Part shown: in pieces, positions 9,660 through 20,295 of the stretch
Numbering within the stretch: position 1 is the first letter of the stretch
How the letters are laid out: the number at the start of each line of letters is the position of its first letter
From: an uncultured Nitrososphaerota archaeon
Lineage (GTDB): Archaea > Asgardarchaeota > Njordarchaeia > Njordarchaeales > Panguiarchaeaceae
Direction: 5' to 3'
Length of the DNA stretch: 64,000 nucleotides
Assembly (NCBI GenBank): GCA_964636085.1
Contig: CAZWPQ010000001.1
Location: forward strand, 32,650 to 96,649
Notes under the pieces: model-generated
The model's input: the letters and a program-made list of their open reading frames with translations, nothing else
Told to the model about the DNA's origin: nothing
The model's database searches: none
Translations under genes and position numbers: made by a program

Positions 9660-11894
9660 CTAATGTTTCAGTTTCTTAGCCATTTTTTTGGCAAATTTCG
9701 TAATGATGTATATAACTATAATGGATACTGTTATGCCTAGTACTATTATTATCACCATTACAGCTCCCCTGCTAGCCAACCGCTCTACATTTATTGTGAT
9801 TAAGGTGGATGTATTAAGCAGAATTTTTCCGATGATAAGCACATCGCCCCAACCTAAAAATGTAGTAGAACCATTTCTCCATGTTGACCAGTAGAGCTGG
9901 GGGGATCCATCATCACCAAAGACTTTATAGATGCAGACAGTCGAGGCATTAGTTGTGTTCATCCTTATTGTTACTCTCAAAAGATCACGTGTATGTATCC
10001 TTACTCCCCACACTGGAGTATTGATGGATAGTGCTATACTCTTTGTTACGGAACTATTAAAATTATATGCTTCAAGCAGGCTTATTGTTGAAGGAAAATA
10101 TATCATTCCGAATCCTTCGTCAAAATCCTTGGCTCCATTGGATAATTCTGGGGGAGTTCTAATTTTCTTATCTTCTGACCAAAAATATACTTCATGTGTC
10201 CCTATAGCAGCCGTCTCGAATGTCGAAGCCAGTAAAAACGATTTCATCCTCAACAGATTATCTAGACTCCACTCCCACATACCTTTTTCATATGCTAAAC
10301 TTGTTAGTATAGCTAGATAACCAGATACATATGCTACTGCGAAACTAGAACCAAAATTTGTCGCGAGATCATTTGGTTCAAGATCACCAAAAATGTAGTC
10401 CCTAACATCGCTGTCTGCTCCAATTGGCCAAGCACCATATAGCATACCCCCACCAAACATAGCGATATCCGGTTTACAATACTCAGTGGATTCCTGTACA
10501 TATGTACCGCCTATAGAAGAGTATAGAGATACCCCCAGGTATTCATTGAGTGCTGCTACTGTGATCGCATACATGGCTGTTCCAGGGGAAGTAATTTGAT
10601 TTTCTAGCATGTTCTCTTTATATTTGTCTATATAGCTATTGCCGGCTGGCGTAACAACAAATATACCCCTTGCGGCCAGATTATTTACCGCCTCATCCAA
10701 AGCATAGCTAATATCACTAGCACTCATACTTAAGTTTACCACAGTTATGTTTAATTCCCTGTACATTTGCGAAATTCTATCCAATGCTTGGATAATCAAG
10801 GATACCGACGTAGATGCATTTAATCCTGAGAATATCTTCCATACAGCGAGTTTCACCCTTGGCGCAATGCCCCTGTAGATTTGCTTTTCTGAGTCGCTTA
10901 TTAGGGATACCCTTATGACATAGCTAATCGTTCCTGCGTTTGGAATAATTCTAATCTTGTTAGTTCCTTTCCTCGATTGGATGGTACACGTATATATTTT
11001 CTCCGATGTATTTACTATGCCCTCCACAATATTATTCTCATATTCTATCCAAACGCTAATACTCCTAGCGATAGGGGACGCCCACGCTATTGTTATATTC
11101 GATATTTGATCCTTCATTACTTTATAAGCAATAGCTACACTGCTCTCTGGACTTAGTCTGCCAAAGTGGGTTAAACTTATTATATTATCTCCATGACTAT
11201 TCCCCTCCCCCGCAATTATTGACGCTATCATCGTGCCATGTCCAATGTTGTCTATAGGATTATCCTGTGTTGATTCCCCGGTTAGATCTTCATAATAAAT
11301 TATTTTTCCTTGTAGATCGGGATGAGAAACATCAACACCAGAGTCTACGACAGCGACCGTTATATACTTGCTACCGTTATAATCAATTGACCATTCACTC
11401 CATATATTCTGAGGAGAGATATATCCAGTACTCTGCAGATAGACCTTTTGATCATCCTCAATCCAATCAAACAATCCTCTTATCTTCCTAAGAAACTCAA
11501 AAACTTTGTTCCCTCTAATTTTTATAAAAAAAGCTCCAATTATGTCAAGCTTTTTGTATACAGCGATGCTTCTGGTTCCGCATAATATCTCCATGAATTT
11601 GTTCAACTTCTTTTTTCGTGGAAAAACAATCAAACTATAGTAAGCATCTTTTTTGAGTTCTTTATCAACAATCTTCTCTAGCCTATCAACGATCCCATTT
11701 TTGTTTCTGTCCAACCTGTATTTTATGTCTATACGACCACCTTTTTTATGGTCGTTGTATCTATAGACCCCCTTATCACCTAGAAGCACATCGACCCTAT
11801 CGAGATATACACGTTGTGGCAACACACATACTAAGATTATCACCAAAATAATTATTGCCTTATGTTTTCCCAAGCGCTTTTTATGCCCACTCAA
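9660..11894 (-). CDS. Membrane-anchored S8 (subtilisin-like) serine peptidase
   Basis: VVDSG, GHGT, PAGNS oxyanion motif, GSSFA nucleophile; N-terminal signal and C-terminal TM. Confidence 0.9.
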   Translation of the reverse strand: MSGHKKRLGKHKAIIILVIILVCVLPQRVYLDRVDVLLGDKGVYRYNDHKKGGRIDIKYRLDRNKNGIVDRLEKIVDKELKKDAYYSLIVFPRKKKLNKFMEILCGTRSIAVYKKLDIIGAFFIKIRGNKVFEFLRKIRGLFDWIEDDQKVYLQSTGYISPQNIWSEWSIDYNGSKYITVAVVDSGVDVSHPDLQGKIIYYEDLTGESTQDNPIDNIGHGTMIASIIAGEGNSHGDNIISLTHFGRLSPESSVAIAYKVMKDQISNITIAWASPIARSISVWIEYENNIVEGIVNTSEKIYTCTIQSRKGTNKIRIIPNAGTISYVIRVSLISDSEKQIYRGIAPRVKLAVWKIFSGLNASTSVSLIIQALDRISQMYRELNITVVNLSMSASDISYALDEAVNNLAARGIFVVTPAGNSYIDKYKENMLENQITSPGTAMYAITVAALNEYLGVSLYSSIGGTYVQESTEYCKPDIAMFGGGMLYGAWPIGADSDVRDYIFGDLEPNDLATNFGSSFAVAYVSGYLAILTSLAYEKGMWEWSLDNLLRMKSFLLASTFETAAIGTHEVYFWSEDKKIRTPPELSNGAKDFDEGFGMIYFPSTISLLEAYNFNSSVTKSIALSINTPVWGVRIHTRDLLRVTIRMNTTNASTVCIYKVFGDDGSPQLYWSTWRNGSTTFLGWGDVLIIGKILLNTSTLITINVERLASRGAVMVIIIVLGITVSIIVIYIITKFAKKMAKKLKH

Positions 11895-13587
11895 CCTCTC
11901 TTACCTCTATCCCAAGTACTTTTGTAAGGTCTATCTCTGCAGCTACTGTTGGTATTGTCAGACCGAAATTAAGTAATACTTGGGGATGGAGCTCCCCTAT
12001 TACGCCTATCTTTGCTCCTTCCACTAGGATAGCTGCACATCGCCCTTCAATAAAGGAGGGATGATTTTCTCTGACTATCTCTATATCTCTTCCCAGTATA
12101 CAAAATATGTAGTCTATACAAGATTTTATTTGAGTATAATTTGCTTTTGTATCTGATATTACTATGGCCATGTGCTTCTCGTTGCATGATTTTGCCTCTA
12201 ATCCATCATAAATTTTTGCTACGTCAGATATCTCAAACACCTTTATAGGATATTCACAGGCCTTATTCTCCGCTATGGCCTTCAAAACTTCTGGCAATAG
12301 CCACCTCCTTACAACATTTATTTTGGTCTCCTTTGCACCCGCTATCCTTACTACTTCAGGAGGAATATTAAGTCTCATCCTTACGAATTGATCCTCCAAA
12401 CTCGTCAGCGAAAATGTAAATAATTCAGAGAAACCTAAGCCTATCAATACTTCCCTGAGCTGATCAACTGTTTCCTCAACTCTTAGTCTAGCGGCTACAG
12501 TAAACACAGGGGTGAGCTCGGGCTCGAAATTATCGAACCCATAGGCCCGAGCGATATCATCAACTATATCTATCTCGTGAAAGATATCGGTGCGGTAGGG
12601 GGGTATGTCGACAACTATGACGCCTCCACCAGCATCCTTAGCAATATATCCCATTTTCTCTAGCAGTTGCATAATTTTATCCTTATTTAGTTCCACTCCC
12701 AATACTCTTTCAGCGTAGGATATATCCAGATTCCTCGTATTTCTATCAAAATAGGGCGCCTTCTCCGATTCTCCTTGAGGATAGGTTATTCTTACTGAAG
12801 ATATTTTTGCACCCATGTCACATAACATCGTAGCCAATATATTGAGCGTTTGCTTCATCGTCTCTTTATGCACTCCCGTAGTCTCCACTAGGATATCTGT
12901 TTCTCCTACTTTTATTTCGCCATACTCTCTAGAATTTATTATTGGGGGCATGGACAAAATATTATTATTTGCATCCACAAACAGAGGATACCTATCCTTG
13001 CCCCTAAGTAAACCTGCGTATTTTCTTCCAGTAGGATGAAGCTCCAGTATCTCGACGCCAGTCATTGTTTTTTCAGAACCAAGTGGCGCGAATTTTATTC
13101 TGCTAGGCAATTCAGCATAATATCGTAAAGGCCATGATATTTTTTTTAAAGGGTAGAAACCTATAGAAGCTTTCCTTCTATTTCTGCAAAATGTCGCATG
13201 TAATTTTTCTTGAGTCCATATAAGTTCCAATATGTCGTCCTCGGATAGTCTAATACCACTCGCAACAAACGCAGCGATGTAGGGCCTTATTTCTTTTACG
13301 CTCTCATCGACAATTATCTCCAATTTTTCTCCTTCCTGCGCCGCATACCGAGTTGGCTTTCTAATCCCCTTATACAGAGCCAGAGCCCTCGCCAGACCGA
13401 TCGTCGAAAGACAATCAGGCCTGTCAGGCGTAACCTCTATTTTTAGTTCATAATCATCCTCTTTCTTTACAGCAGATTCAAGTTCGAATCCAAGTTTAAA
13501 TAAGTCCTCCTCCAATCCTTCCAAGGATATGTCAATGCCAATGTATCGCCTTACTCTCCTTAATGTTGTGTCTAGTATTGGCATCAC
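11881..13587 (-). CDS. pheT: Phenylalanine-tRNA ligase beta subunit
   Basis: TPDRPDCLS, QEKLH, SMPPIINS, PPYRTDIFHEIDIVDD, GELHPQV. Confidence 0.96.
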   Translation of the reverse strand: MMPILDTTLRRVRRYIGIDISLEGLEEDLFKLGFELESAVKKEDDYELKIEVTPDRPDCLSTIGLARALALYKGIRKPTRYAAQEGEKLEIIVDESVKEIRPYIAAFVASGIRLSEDDILELIWTQEKLHATFCRNRRKASIGFYPLKKISWPLRYYAELPSRIKFAPLGSEKTMTGVEILELHPTGRKYAGLLRGKDRYPLFVDANNNILSMPPIINSREYGEIKVGETDILVETTGVHKETMKQTLNILATMLCDMGAKISSVRITYPQGESEKAPYFDRNTRNLDISYAERVLGVELNKDKIMQLLEKMGYIAKDAGGGVIVVDIPPYRTDIFHEIDIVDDIARAYGFDNFEPELTPVFTVAARLRVEETVDQLREVLIGLGFSELFTFSLTSLEDQFVRMRLNIPPEVVRIAGAKETKINVVRRWLLPEVLKAIAENKACEYPIKVFEISDVAKIYDGLEAKSCNEKHMAIVISDTKANYTQIKSCIDYIFCILGRDIEIVRENHPSFIEGRCAAILVEGAKIGVIGELHPQVLLNFGLTIPTVAAEIDLTKVLGIEVREVEWA

Positions 13588-13630
13588 TTACACCAATATG
13601 AAGCTATAAAACACCAAATGCAATCCCGCA

Positions 13631-14419
13631 CTATAATGCGATCAATATTAAAGCCACATATAATACTAGTAACAGCACAATATATGTAATAATTGTTAGT
13701 CGTTTTGTCTGAGTAGCTAGTATCGCTATGTGTTTTATGTATTGCCAGATTATTTTACTACTTAGTTTACTTTTGCCATAAAGTCTAGACTTAAATGTGT
13801 AGGGTATCTCTTCGATATTCCTATATTTTCCCTTCACAATTATCTCTAGAAGCACTTTAAATCCTATCGCATTGATTTTTACACCCACTAGGATGTTTTT
13901 ATGAAGCCCAAAGAAGCCAGACATCGGGTCGCTTATCCTACGTACTTTAGGGAAAAGAATGTACGCCATAAGGGAAGCAACTCTCGAAACTAGAAGTCTG
14001 AATAGACTCCACCCTTCGATTTTACCTCCCTGCATATACCTACTTGCTATGACAATATCCGCATGATTCAATCTTTTATACATCTCAACTATCAACTTGG
14101 GTGGATGCTGGAGATCCGCATCCATCACAACGATGCGTTCATAATTCGCCCTTGCTATGCCCTCTAGTATTGCGGACACAAGGCCTCTTTTTCCTACGCG
14201 CCTAATAACAACGACATTATACTTTTTTTCAAATTTCTTGGCCTCTAACCAAGTACCATCTGGCGAATCATCATCAACAACTATTATCTCATAGGGGCAA
14301 ACATTGTTTAGAAATGAACCAATCATCGGTATTAGTATTTTAATGTTTCTTCTCTCATTGTATGTTGGAATGACAACACTAATGCCTCGTGGGGTTCTTT
14401 TTCGCATTTCTATCATCAT
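13631..14419 (-). CDS. Polyprenol/dolichol-phosphate mannosyltransferase (GT2)
   Basis: VIPTYNE, VDDDSPDGT, MDADLQHPP, DPMSGFF. Confidence 0.9.
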   Translation of the reverse strand: MMIEMRKRTPRGISVVIPTYNERRNIKILIPMIGSFLNNVCPYEIIVVDDDSPDGTWLEAKKFEKKYNVVVIRRVGKRGLVSAILEGIARANYERIVVMDADLQHPPKLIVEMYKRLNHADIVIASRYMQGGKIEGWSLFRLLVSRVASLMAYILFPKVRRISDPMSGFFGLHKNILVGVKINAIGFKVLLEIIVKGKYRNIEEIPYTFKSRLYGKSKLSSKIIWQYIKHIAILATQTKRLTIITYIVLLLVLYVALILIAL

Positions 14420-14463
14420 TTACTTGATACACATAGATTAGTTTTATTTGAGTAGTAACTCCC

Positions 14464-15081
14464 CTAAGTTATCCCTGAAATAAATTCTAATAATTTTTGT
14501 CTTGCTCGCCCTCGAACATAACGTCCATGTGCTGGAAATAGCGAATCGAATTTTAATTCAGCAATCCTTCTTAATGACTCTAATAACATTTTTCTGTCGT
14601 AGTTTTGCTTAGGAATACTCCAACCCTGTGGCCCTATGTAGATGCTGCCTCCTATAAATAATGAGTTCCCATATAGCGCAGATATGCTACCAGGTGTATG
14701 ACCAGGCGTCCTTATTATCTGTATGCCTGCATCCTCTATGTATGTATCTTTGTTTATGATCATGACATCTACATCCTCGCCCATAAAGGTAATTTTTTTC
14801 ACAACACCTATCTCTCTTTCATCTATAACCAGTGTTGCGTTGGGACAATAGAGCAATAGATCTGGTAGGCCTTCTACCGAGTCTCTATGACCATGCGTTA
14901 TTATGACATATGATACATCATCAAGAGATGAATCAAGTTGAAGTTCTACATATTTTTTTATGGCGCCCTCTGAGCCCAATAATCCGACATCAATTATAAC
15001 GAGGCCTGATTTCGATTCTACGATATAGGAGTTGCAGCCACGGTTACCTACTACCTTATATATGTTTGGTTGGAGAAGCAT
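14464..15081 (-). CDS. MBL-fold metallo-hydrolase
   Basis: THGHRDS (last His of HxHxDH replaced), TPGHTPGS, PAHG. Confidence 0.82.
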   Translation of the reverse strand: MLLQPNIYKVVGNRGCNSYIVESKSGLVIIDVGLLGSEGAIKKYVELQLDSSLDDVSYVIITHGHRDSVEGLPDLLLYCPNATLVIDEREIGVVKKITFMGEDVDVMIINKDTYIEDAGIQIIRTPGHTPGSISALYGNSLFIGGSIYIGPQGWSIPKQNYDRKMLLESLRRIAELKFDSLFPAHGRYVRGRARQKLLEFISGIT

Positions 15082-15108
15082 AATACATCCCTTATAGCTA
15101 CCCTAAAA

Positions 15109-15885
15109 TTATAAACTTATGTTAAAGAACTTTTTAGTGTTTTCAAGGATTATTGACGCTACTGTTTCATTATCCATATGTTTTATTGTCGTGAGTAAAT
15201 TGACGAGTTTGACGACATTAGCTGGTTCATTTCTGGTACCCTTCGTTGGGGCTAAGTAGGGAGAATCTGTTTCCAGCAGTATATTATCTAGAGGGACTAG
15301 CTCAAGTATTTTCCATAGTTCTCTTCGCCTTAAGTATACTGTTGGTATTCCTATCATCCATCCATTATTGACGATTAATTCTAGATCACTCTTCCTGCCA
15401 AAAAATGCATGAAAAACTGCGCTCTCGATATCATATTTCTTTAAATATTCAGCGATTTGAACATAAGCATTTTTGCCATATGCACTCCTCGCATGTATTA
15501 TTAATGGCAAATTTAATTCCTTCGCAAGGCCTAACATTGATTCAAAAATCTTTCTCATAGTGACTATTCTATCCACGGATTTTACCCAATAGAAGTCAAG
15601 TCCCACCTCTCCTATAGCAACATATCTACCTTTATACTGTTTAGCTACTTCTAGTACATCATTTAACTGTTGAAGTGTAGCGGTCTGGGGGGCCAGACCA
15701 AGGGCCACAAATATAAATCCCCTGTACTTTTTCTCTAACTTTAGCGCCGCTATAAAGTCGTTACTATCAATAGTTGGATTTATCACTGCTATGACTCCAG
15801 CATTTATCGCCCGGCTCACTACTTGGTCTAAATCATCACTAAACACGGGCATTGATATATGCGCATGGGAGTCTACTAGTTTCAT
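15109..15885 (-). CDS. tatD: TatD family nuclease
   Basis: DSHAH, IGEVGLD, IHAR, LETDSPY. Confidence 0.93.
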   Translation of the reverse strand: MKLVDSHAHISMPVFSDDLDQVVSRAINAGVIAVINPTIDSNDFIAALKLEKKYRGFIFVALGLAPQTATLQQLNDVLEVAKQYKGRYVAIGEVGLDFYWVKSVDRIVTMRKIFESMLGLAKELNLPLIIHARSAYGKNAYVQIAEYLKKYDIESAVFHAFFGRKSDLELIVNNGWMIGIPTVYLRRRELWKILELVPLDNILLETDSPYLAPTKGTRNEPANVVKLVNLLTTIKHMDNETVASIILENTKKFFNISL

Positions 15886-16010
15886 TATTAGCACCAAAAA
15901 TCTCCAATCTCAGCGTTTGGGGTTTCCAAATCCATTTTTACCAATACAGAATGTTTATAAATAGAATATCATACATAATGTTGTTATTTTGTTTAGGAAT
16001 GGGGATAATC

Positions 16011-16265
16011 ATGCCTCTACGTGCATATATATTTTTGAAGGTACGGCCAGTACCAGTTGAAGACCTCAGAAGGGAACTTGAAAAAATCCATGAAATCGTA
16101 GAGGGCTTTGTCGTAACTGGGGAGGTAGATGTTGTACTTAGTGTCCATGTTAGCGACACGAATGAACTCTTTCAACTCGTTAAAAAACTGAGGGGGCTCC
16201 CATTTGTTTTGGATACAAAAACTAGTATCGCCATTAGTGTTGTAAAGGAAATGAAAGAAAAGTAA
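16011..16265 (+). CDS. Stand-alone Lrp/AsnC ligand-binding (RAM) domain protein
   Basis: RAYIFLKV...VVTGEVDVV...V.DTKTSI; no HTH. Confidence 0.85.
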   Translation: MPLRAYIFLKVRPVPVEDLRRELEKIHEIVEGFVVTGEVDVVLSVHVSDTNELFQLVKKLRGLPFVLDTKTSIAISVVKEMKEK

Positions 16266-16349
16266 GGATAGGTTGGAAATCTTATTTTTTATTTTTGTGT
16301 CGCATAATTATGAGCTCCCTTCTGCCGGCTTGACACCAAAACTCTGGGA

Positions 16350-16760
16350 TCAGTATATGCATATGGTGCTATCCAAGAGTATTAACAAAGTTAGCCATAT
16401 CGTATATAGGGATATTAGCGGCACTCTCCTCCTCTCCCTCTTTCTATACAAGTACAATGTAGCAAGAGAGCAGCATACTGCCAGCATTGACCACGATGGA
16501 GGTATTATTAAGGCCATCAGCATCATTATTTTTGCATCACCACCCCCAATAAAGCCACATAAGTTCAATATAATCAAGGCAATGAGAATCGCGATTTTAG
16601 TGGTGTCCACATATATATTTCCGGATAGATAAAGAATCAGAGTAACAGTAGCTAAATATAAAATAGTGGTTTCCCCAACAACTAGTTTCTTCTTATCCTC
16701 AATCGCAGCAATATATAATCCTAATATTGCAGGAGTAAATATGATTAACCTACTCATCAT
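16350..16760 (-). CDS. Small A24 prepilin peptidase
   Basis: Multi-TM; two Asp motifs (IED, IGGGDAK); RVPLI. Confidence 0.8.
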   Translation of the reverse strand: MMSRLIIFTPAILGLYIAAIEDKKKLVVGETTILYLATVTLILYLSGNIYVDTTKIAILIALIILNLCGFIGGGDAKIMMLMALIIPPSWSMLAVCCSLATLYLYRKRERRRVPLISLYTIWLTLLILLDSTICIY

Positions 16761-16813
16761 ATTAGTAATTTCACTATATTCTTAAGTCTGCTAAGTTTTT
16801 ACGACGAGAAGTA

Positions 16814-18109
16814 TTAGCGAACGATCAAACCAATTGTTTCCACATGAGGCGTATGTGGAAGCATATCTATCGGTTGCAATAGTTCTAATCTATAGCCATA
16901 TTGTCCAAGTAGCAATATGTCCCTTGCCTGCGTTCTTGGATTACACGACACATACACAATTTTTTCTGGTTTAAGCTCTGCAAGATACCTTATAACCTTC
17001 TTATGTAGCCCCGCTCTTGGTGGATCTACAAAAATAGTGTCAAACTTTCCTTTCAGATCCTTTATTCTATCTTCCACCCTCCCGACCAGAAACTTAACAT
17101 TTCTAACATCATTGATTTCCGCATTCTGCAAGGCAGACCTAACGGAGTCTTCCTCAAGTTCTATGCCTATGATCTCATCATAATTAGTGGAGGATATTAT
17201 GGCAATCGTCCCTATCCCACAGTAAAGATCTAGAGCCCTCTCCCCATCCCCTCCAAGTTTTCTTGCAATATCAAACAGCTTATTGGCTTGCAATGGATTT
17301 GACTGATAAAAGTTATATGGAAATATTCTAAAGATATACCCTAGGGCACTCTCAGTTATGTATCCTCTACCATAAATCTCCTTTATTTGCCCTACCGCGA
17401 CATCTGCGACCCCATCATTAACTGCCCAGACAATCGTGTCCGCAGTGGTTTCCGATGCAAGAATCTTCATATTTAATTTCCTATCAGCTGTTGTTACGAT
17501 TATAGCCAAACTCTCATTCGTGCTCCGAGAGACACGGATGACCAAATATCTCAAGAACCCCGTATGTGTGTAAATGTTATATGGCTTATAGTCCAATATC
17601 GAAAAAATTTTTCTAAATTCCCCCATAATATTGTTCGCCCTAGAGCTCTGCAACCAACATGCAAAAATATCTACGACTCTATCAAATTTACCAAATTCCC
17701 GCAGACCAATCGACAGAACACCTGATCTCTCAGCAAATATAAACTCCATCTTGCCCCTATACATATATATCTCGTCTGAAGGAATAACCCCCCTCATATC
17801 AAAGTCATACTTAACTACGCTAAATGCTCTATCAACAATCTTTTGTTTCAGCTTCAATTGGTAACTGTATTTTATATCCTGCCACAAACATCCTCCACAG
17901 AAATGTGCATAGGGACAAACTGGTGTAATTCTATGTTCACTTTTTTCTATAAATTTGACAACTCGCCCAAGACGCTTCCTACCAACTTTTACAAAGACAT
18001 ATTCCCCTGGAACGACCCCTGGTACCTCCACTTTATGGCTACCTATATATCCAACACCATGCCCTTTATCGTTTATATCATCTATCCTTACCAATATCTC
18101 CTTGACCAT
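16814..18109 (-). CDS. RNA m5U methyltransferase, RlmD/TrmA family with TRAM domain
   Basis: CPYAHFCGGC, DLYCGIG, DPPRAG, YVSCNP, PHTPHVE. Confidence 0.92.
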   Translation of the reverse strand: MVKEILVRIDDINDKGHGVGYIGSHKVEVPGVVPGEYVFVKVGRKRLGRVVKFIEKSEHRITPVCPYAHFCGGCLWQDIKYSYQLKLKQKIVDRAFSVVKYDFDMRGVIPSDEIYMYRGKMEFIFAERSGVLSIGLREFGKFDRVVDIFACWLQSSRANNIMGEFRKIFSILDYKPYNIYTHTGFLRYLVIRVSRSTNESLAIIVTTADRKLNMKILASETTADTIVWAVNDGVADVAVGQIKEIYGRGYITESALGYIFRIFPYNFYQSNPLQANKLFDIARKLGGDGERALDLYCGIGTIAIISSTNYDEIIGIELEEDSVRSALQNAEINDVRNVKFLVGRVEDRIKDLKGKFDTIFVDPPRAGLHKKVIRYLAELKPEKIVYVSCNPRTQARDILLLGQYGYRLELLQPIDMLPHTPHVETIGLIVR

Positions 18110-18119
18110 AATATCCCCA

Positions 18120-18755
18120 TTAATACTTCTTTCTAAACATCATCAAGTCTACTTTTATAATTATCTTCTTTCTTTTGTGAAACCAAAATCTTGTTCTCAA
18201 TGGAAAGTCAAATGATGCGATATGATAACAGCTGAAGGAGAAGGAAGATGCTAATTTTTCAAAAAATTTTCGCGAACGAGGAGATGAATAATGGAGTGAA
18301 TATACAACATCGCTAGAATAAAAAGCCTTCACTAGGAAATATCTATCAGCATGTTTTGTTTTTTTATTCAAGCCAAATGGAGGATTCATTATAATGGTAT
18401 CACATGTAATATCGATGCTTCTTACATCCCCCAAGATAAATTCGATTGGTAGGCGACCATATAGCTCTCCTATAATTCTTGCATTTTCCTTTGCTGTTGA
18501 TATTGCTTCCTCATCGATATCTATACCCGTTACGTTTCTGGCCCCGAGAAGAGCCATACCTATGGCAAAAATTCCATTACCACAACCTAAATCAGCACAT
18601 ATTCTATCCTCAATATCCCCATATTCGTATGCATACGCTAAAACTCTACTCACAATTTCTGGAGGTGTTGTCCATTGTTCGAGTTCTGGCTTTGGCCTAT
18701 CAATATCCTTTAGTCTAGATAGAATCAATGACAACTCTTTCATCCTTATTCTCAT
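18120..18755 (-). CDS. METTL5-family rRNA N6-adenine methyltransferase
   Basis: LEQWTTP, DLGCGNG, MNPPFG, VYSLH. Confidence 0.9.
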   Translation of the reverse strand: MRIRMKELSLILSRLKDIDRPKPELEQWTTPPEIVSRVLAYAYEYGDIEDRICADLGCGNGIFAIGMALLGARNVTGIDIDEEAISTAKENARIIGELYGRLPIEFILGDVRSIDITCDTIIMNPPFGLNKKTKHADRYFLVKAFYSSDVVYSLHYSSPRSRKFFEKLASSFSFSCYHIASFDFPLRTRFWFHKRKKIIIKVDLMMFRKKY

Positions 18756-19431
18756 AGTAATACATCCTTGATACATTTATTATTGGTAGATATCTCATTG
18801 TTCTCAGGTCTATCCTATTGACAAATTTTGGAGGATCAGACAAATCAATAAAAGCATATTTATCCAGTCTATCCCCTACCATTGAGCAGAATAGATACAA
18901 TACCGGATCTTTTTTAGGAAACACAGCAGACATAAGGCCCGTTACAAAAACATGCACATCGCCCACGGGAATACACAATAGTGCGTCGCGAACATAAAAT
19001 GCATAATCTATAAGATCGACAAAATTCTCCACATCTACTATCTTAAACCATCTAGAAGTAAAATTTTCGTTGTTGCTATGTTGATAGAATTCCATCACAT
19101 CAATGATATCATCAATCTCGCGCCAAGCGGTATCAACTATTTCCACCTGCCAGCCCAATCGCACTCGCGGTTCTTTTTTTATTACCCGATTCTTCCAATA
19201 GTAGAAATTAATTTTCTTGCATTTTTTTAAACGAGAATTCGCTACAATCGTTATGCCGATTATACTTTCTTCGAGCTCCCTTCTATATGCAAAGAAAACC
19301 CGAGACCCGGATCTAAATAGTATAATTTTTCTTGAATATTTTTCAGAGAAAAACCTGGCAAACCTGAGCAAATCTTTTAATCCTTCGACCTCTACGACAA
19401 TACCACAATCTACAAGCCCATCTGGATACAT
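18715..19431 (-). CDS. Hypothetical protein with two similar domains
   Basis: GGTG RBS before MYPDG; halves begin IVVEVEGLKDLLRFA and IVDVENFVDLIDYA. Confidence 0.6.
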   Translation of the reverse strand: MYPDGLVDCGIVVEVEGLKDLLRFARFFSEKYSRKIILFRSGSRVFFAYRRELEESIIGITIVANSRLKKCKKINFYYWKNRVIKKEPRVRLGWQVEIVDTAWREIDDIIDVMEFYQHSNNENFTSRWFKIVDVENFVDLIDYAFYVRDALLCIPVGDVHVFVTGLMSAVFPKKDPVLYLFCSMVGDRLDKYAFIDLSDPPKFVNRIDLRTMRYLPIINVSRMYYYENKDERVVIDSI

Positions 19432-19501
19432 AGGTGCACCCACCTTGAATAAAAAATATACCAAAGTACTCAAAACTTTTAACTTATTACTAATCATAGC
19501 C

Positions 19502-20239
19502 ATGTCCATATTTGGTTTATATTCTGTTCTTCTTGCAGTCTTACTCACAGCGAATTTTTCAATCATACTAGTTTTTCCTACACTTGGAATTCTGATAAGA
19601 GAGCCAATGGTTACAATATTTCTCAATATAATTTATCTGCTAATAATAATTCTGTCATTATCATATAGCTTCAGGGCCCACATTGGCAAGATAGATAAGG
19701 CTATTATCTCAATACCAGAATTCATACCTATAATGTTCTTCATAGCACTTATCGTAGAATTATTGACACCTATTAAACAACCAACAATGGATGCTTCATA
19801 TGTAGCAGTATTGTTGCTAATAGCTCCAATATACGAGGAAATCTTCTTTAGGTTATTCTTAATAGTGATTCCTATTGTTTTAATAAATAGCGATTTTAGA
19901 ATAATCCTTTCTGGAAAAAGAGACATAAACTTCATAGATGTGGCATTCTTGGCAATATCGTCTATAATATTTGGATTCTTACACGGATACATGGGGTTTG
20001 GAGCCATAGTAATCGCTACAACGGCTGGATTCATTTTAAGCTATATCTCACTTAGATACACAATACTATCCTCCATCACAATGCATTTTTTGTTAAATTC
20101 CCCCGCAGCAACAATTCTTATCGCGTCCTATTTTTCCCACGGCCATATCTTAACAGCAAACACATTTATTCTTACTATAATTACCCTACTTGGAATTCCC
20201 AATCTTGTTTATCTTGCTTTATATCTGCTAAATAAATGA
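19502..20239 (+). CDS. CPBP (Abi/Rce1-like) intramembrane metalloprotease
   Basis: EEIFFR, FGFLH, HFLLN motifs; multi-TM. Confidence 0.88.
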   Translation: MSIFGLYSVLLAVLLTANFSIILVFPTLGILIREPMVTIFLNIIYLLIIILSLSYSFRAHIGKIDKAIISIPEFIPIMFFIALIVELLTPIKQPTMDASYVAVLLLIAPIYEEIFFRLFLIVIPIVLINSDFRIILSGKRDINFIDVAFLAISSIIFGFLHGYMGFGAIVIATTAGFILSYISLRYTILSSITMHFLLNSPAATILIASYFSHGHILTANTFILTIITLLGIPNLVYLALYLLNK

Positions 20240-20295
20240 CATATAGGAGGAGTTTATGTAGCGGTCATCCAGAAAGTTTTGTAGGAGAGACTATT

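Noticed and set aside
16284-16352. SECIS element after the TGA of the A24 peptidase gene
   Set aside because: Stem after GAA is too weak and the protein is complete at that stop
19217-19626. Long antiparallel gene overlap
   Set aside because: Starts at 19431 (-) and 19502 (+) remove the overlap and leave an AT-rich divergent promoter
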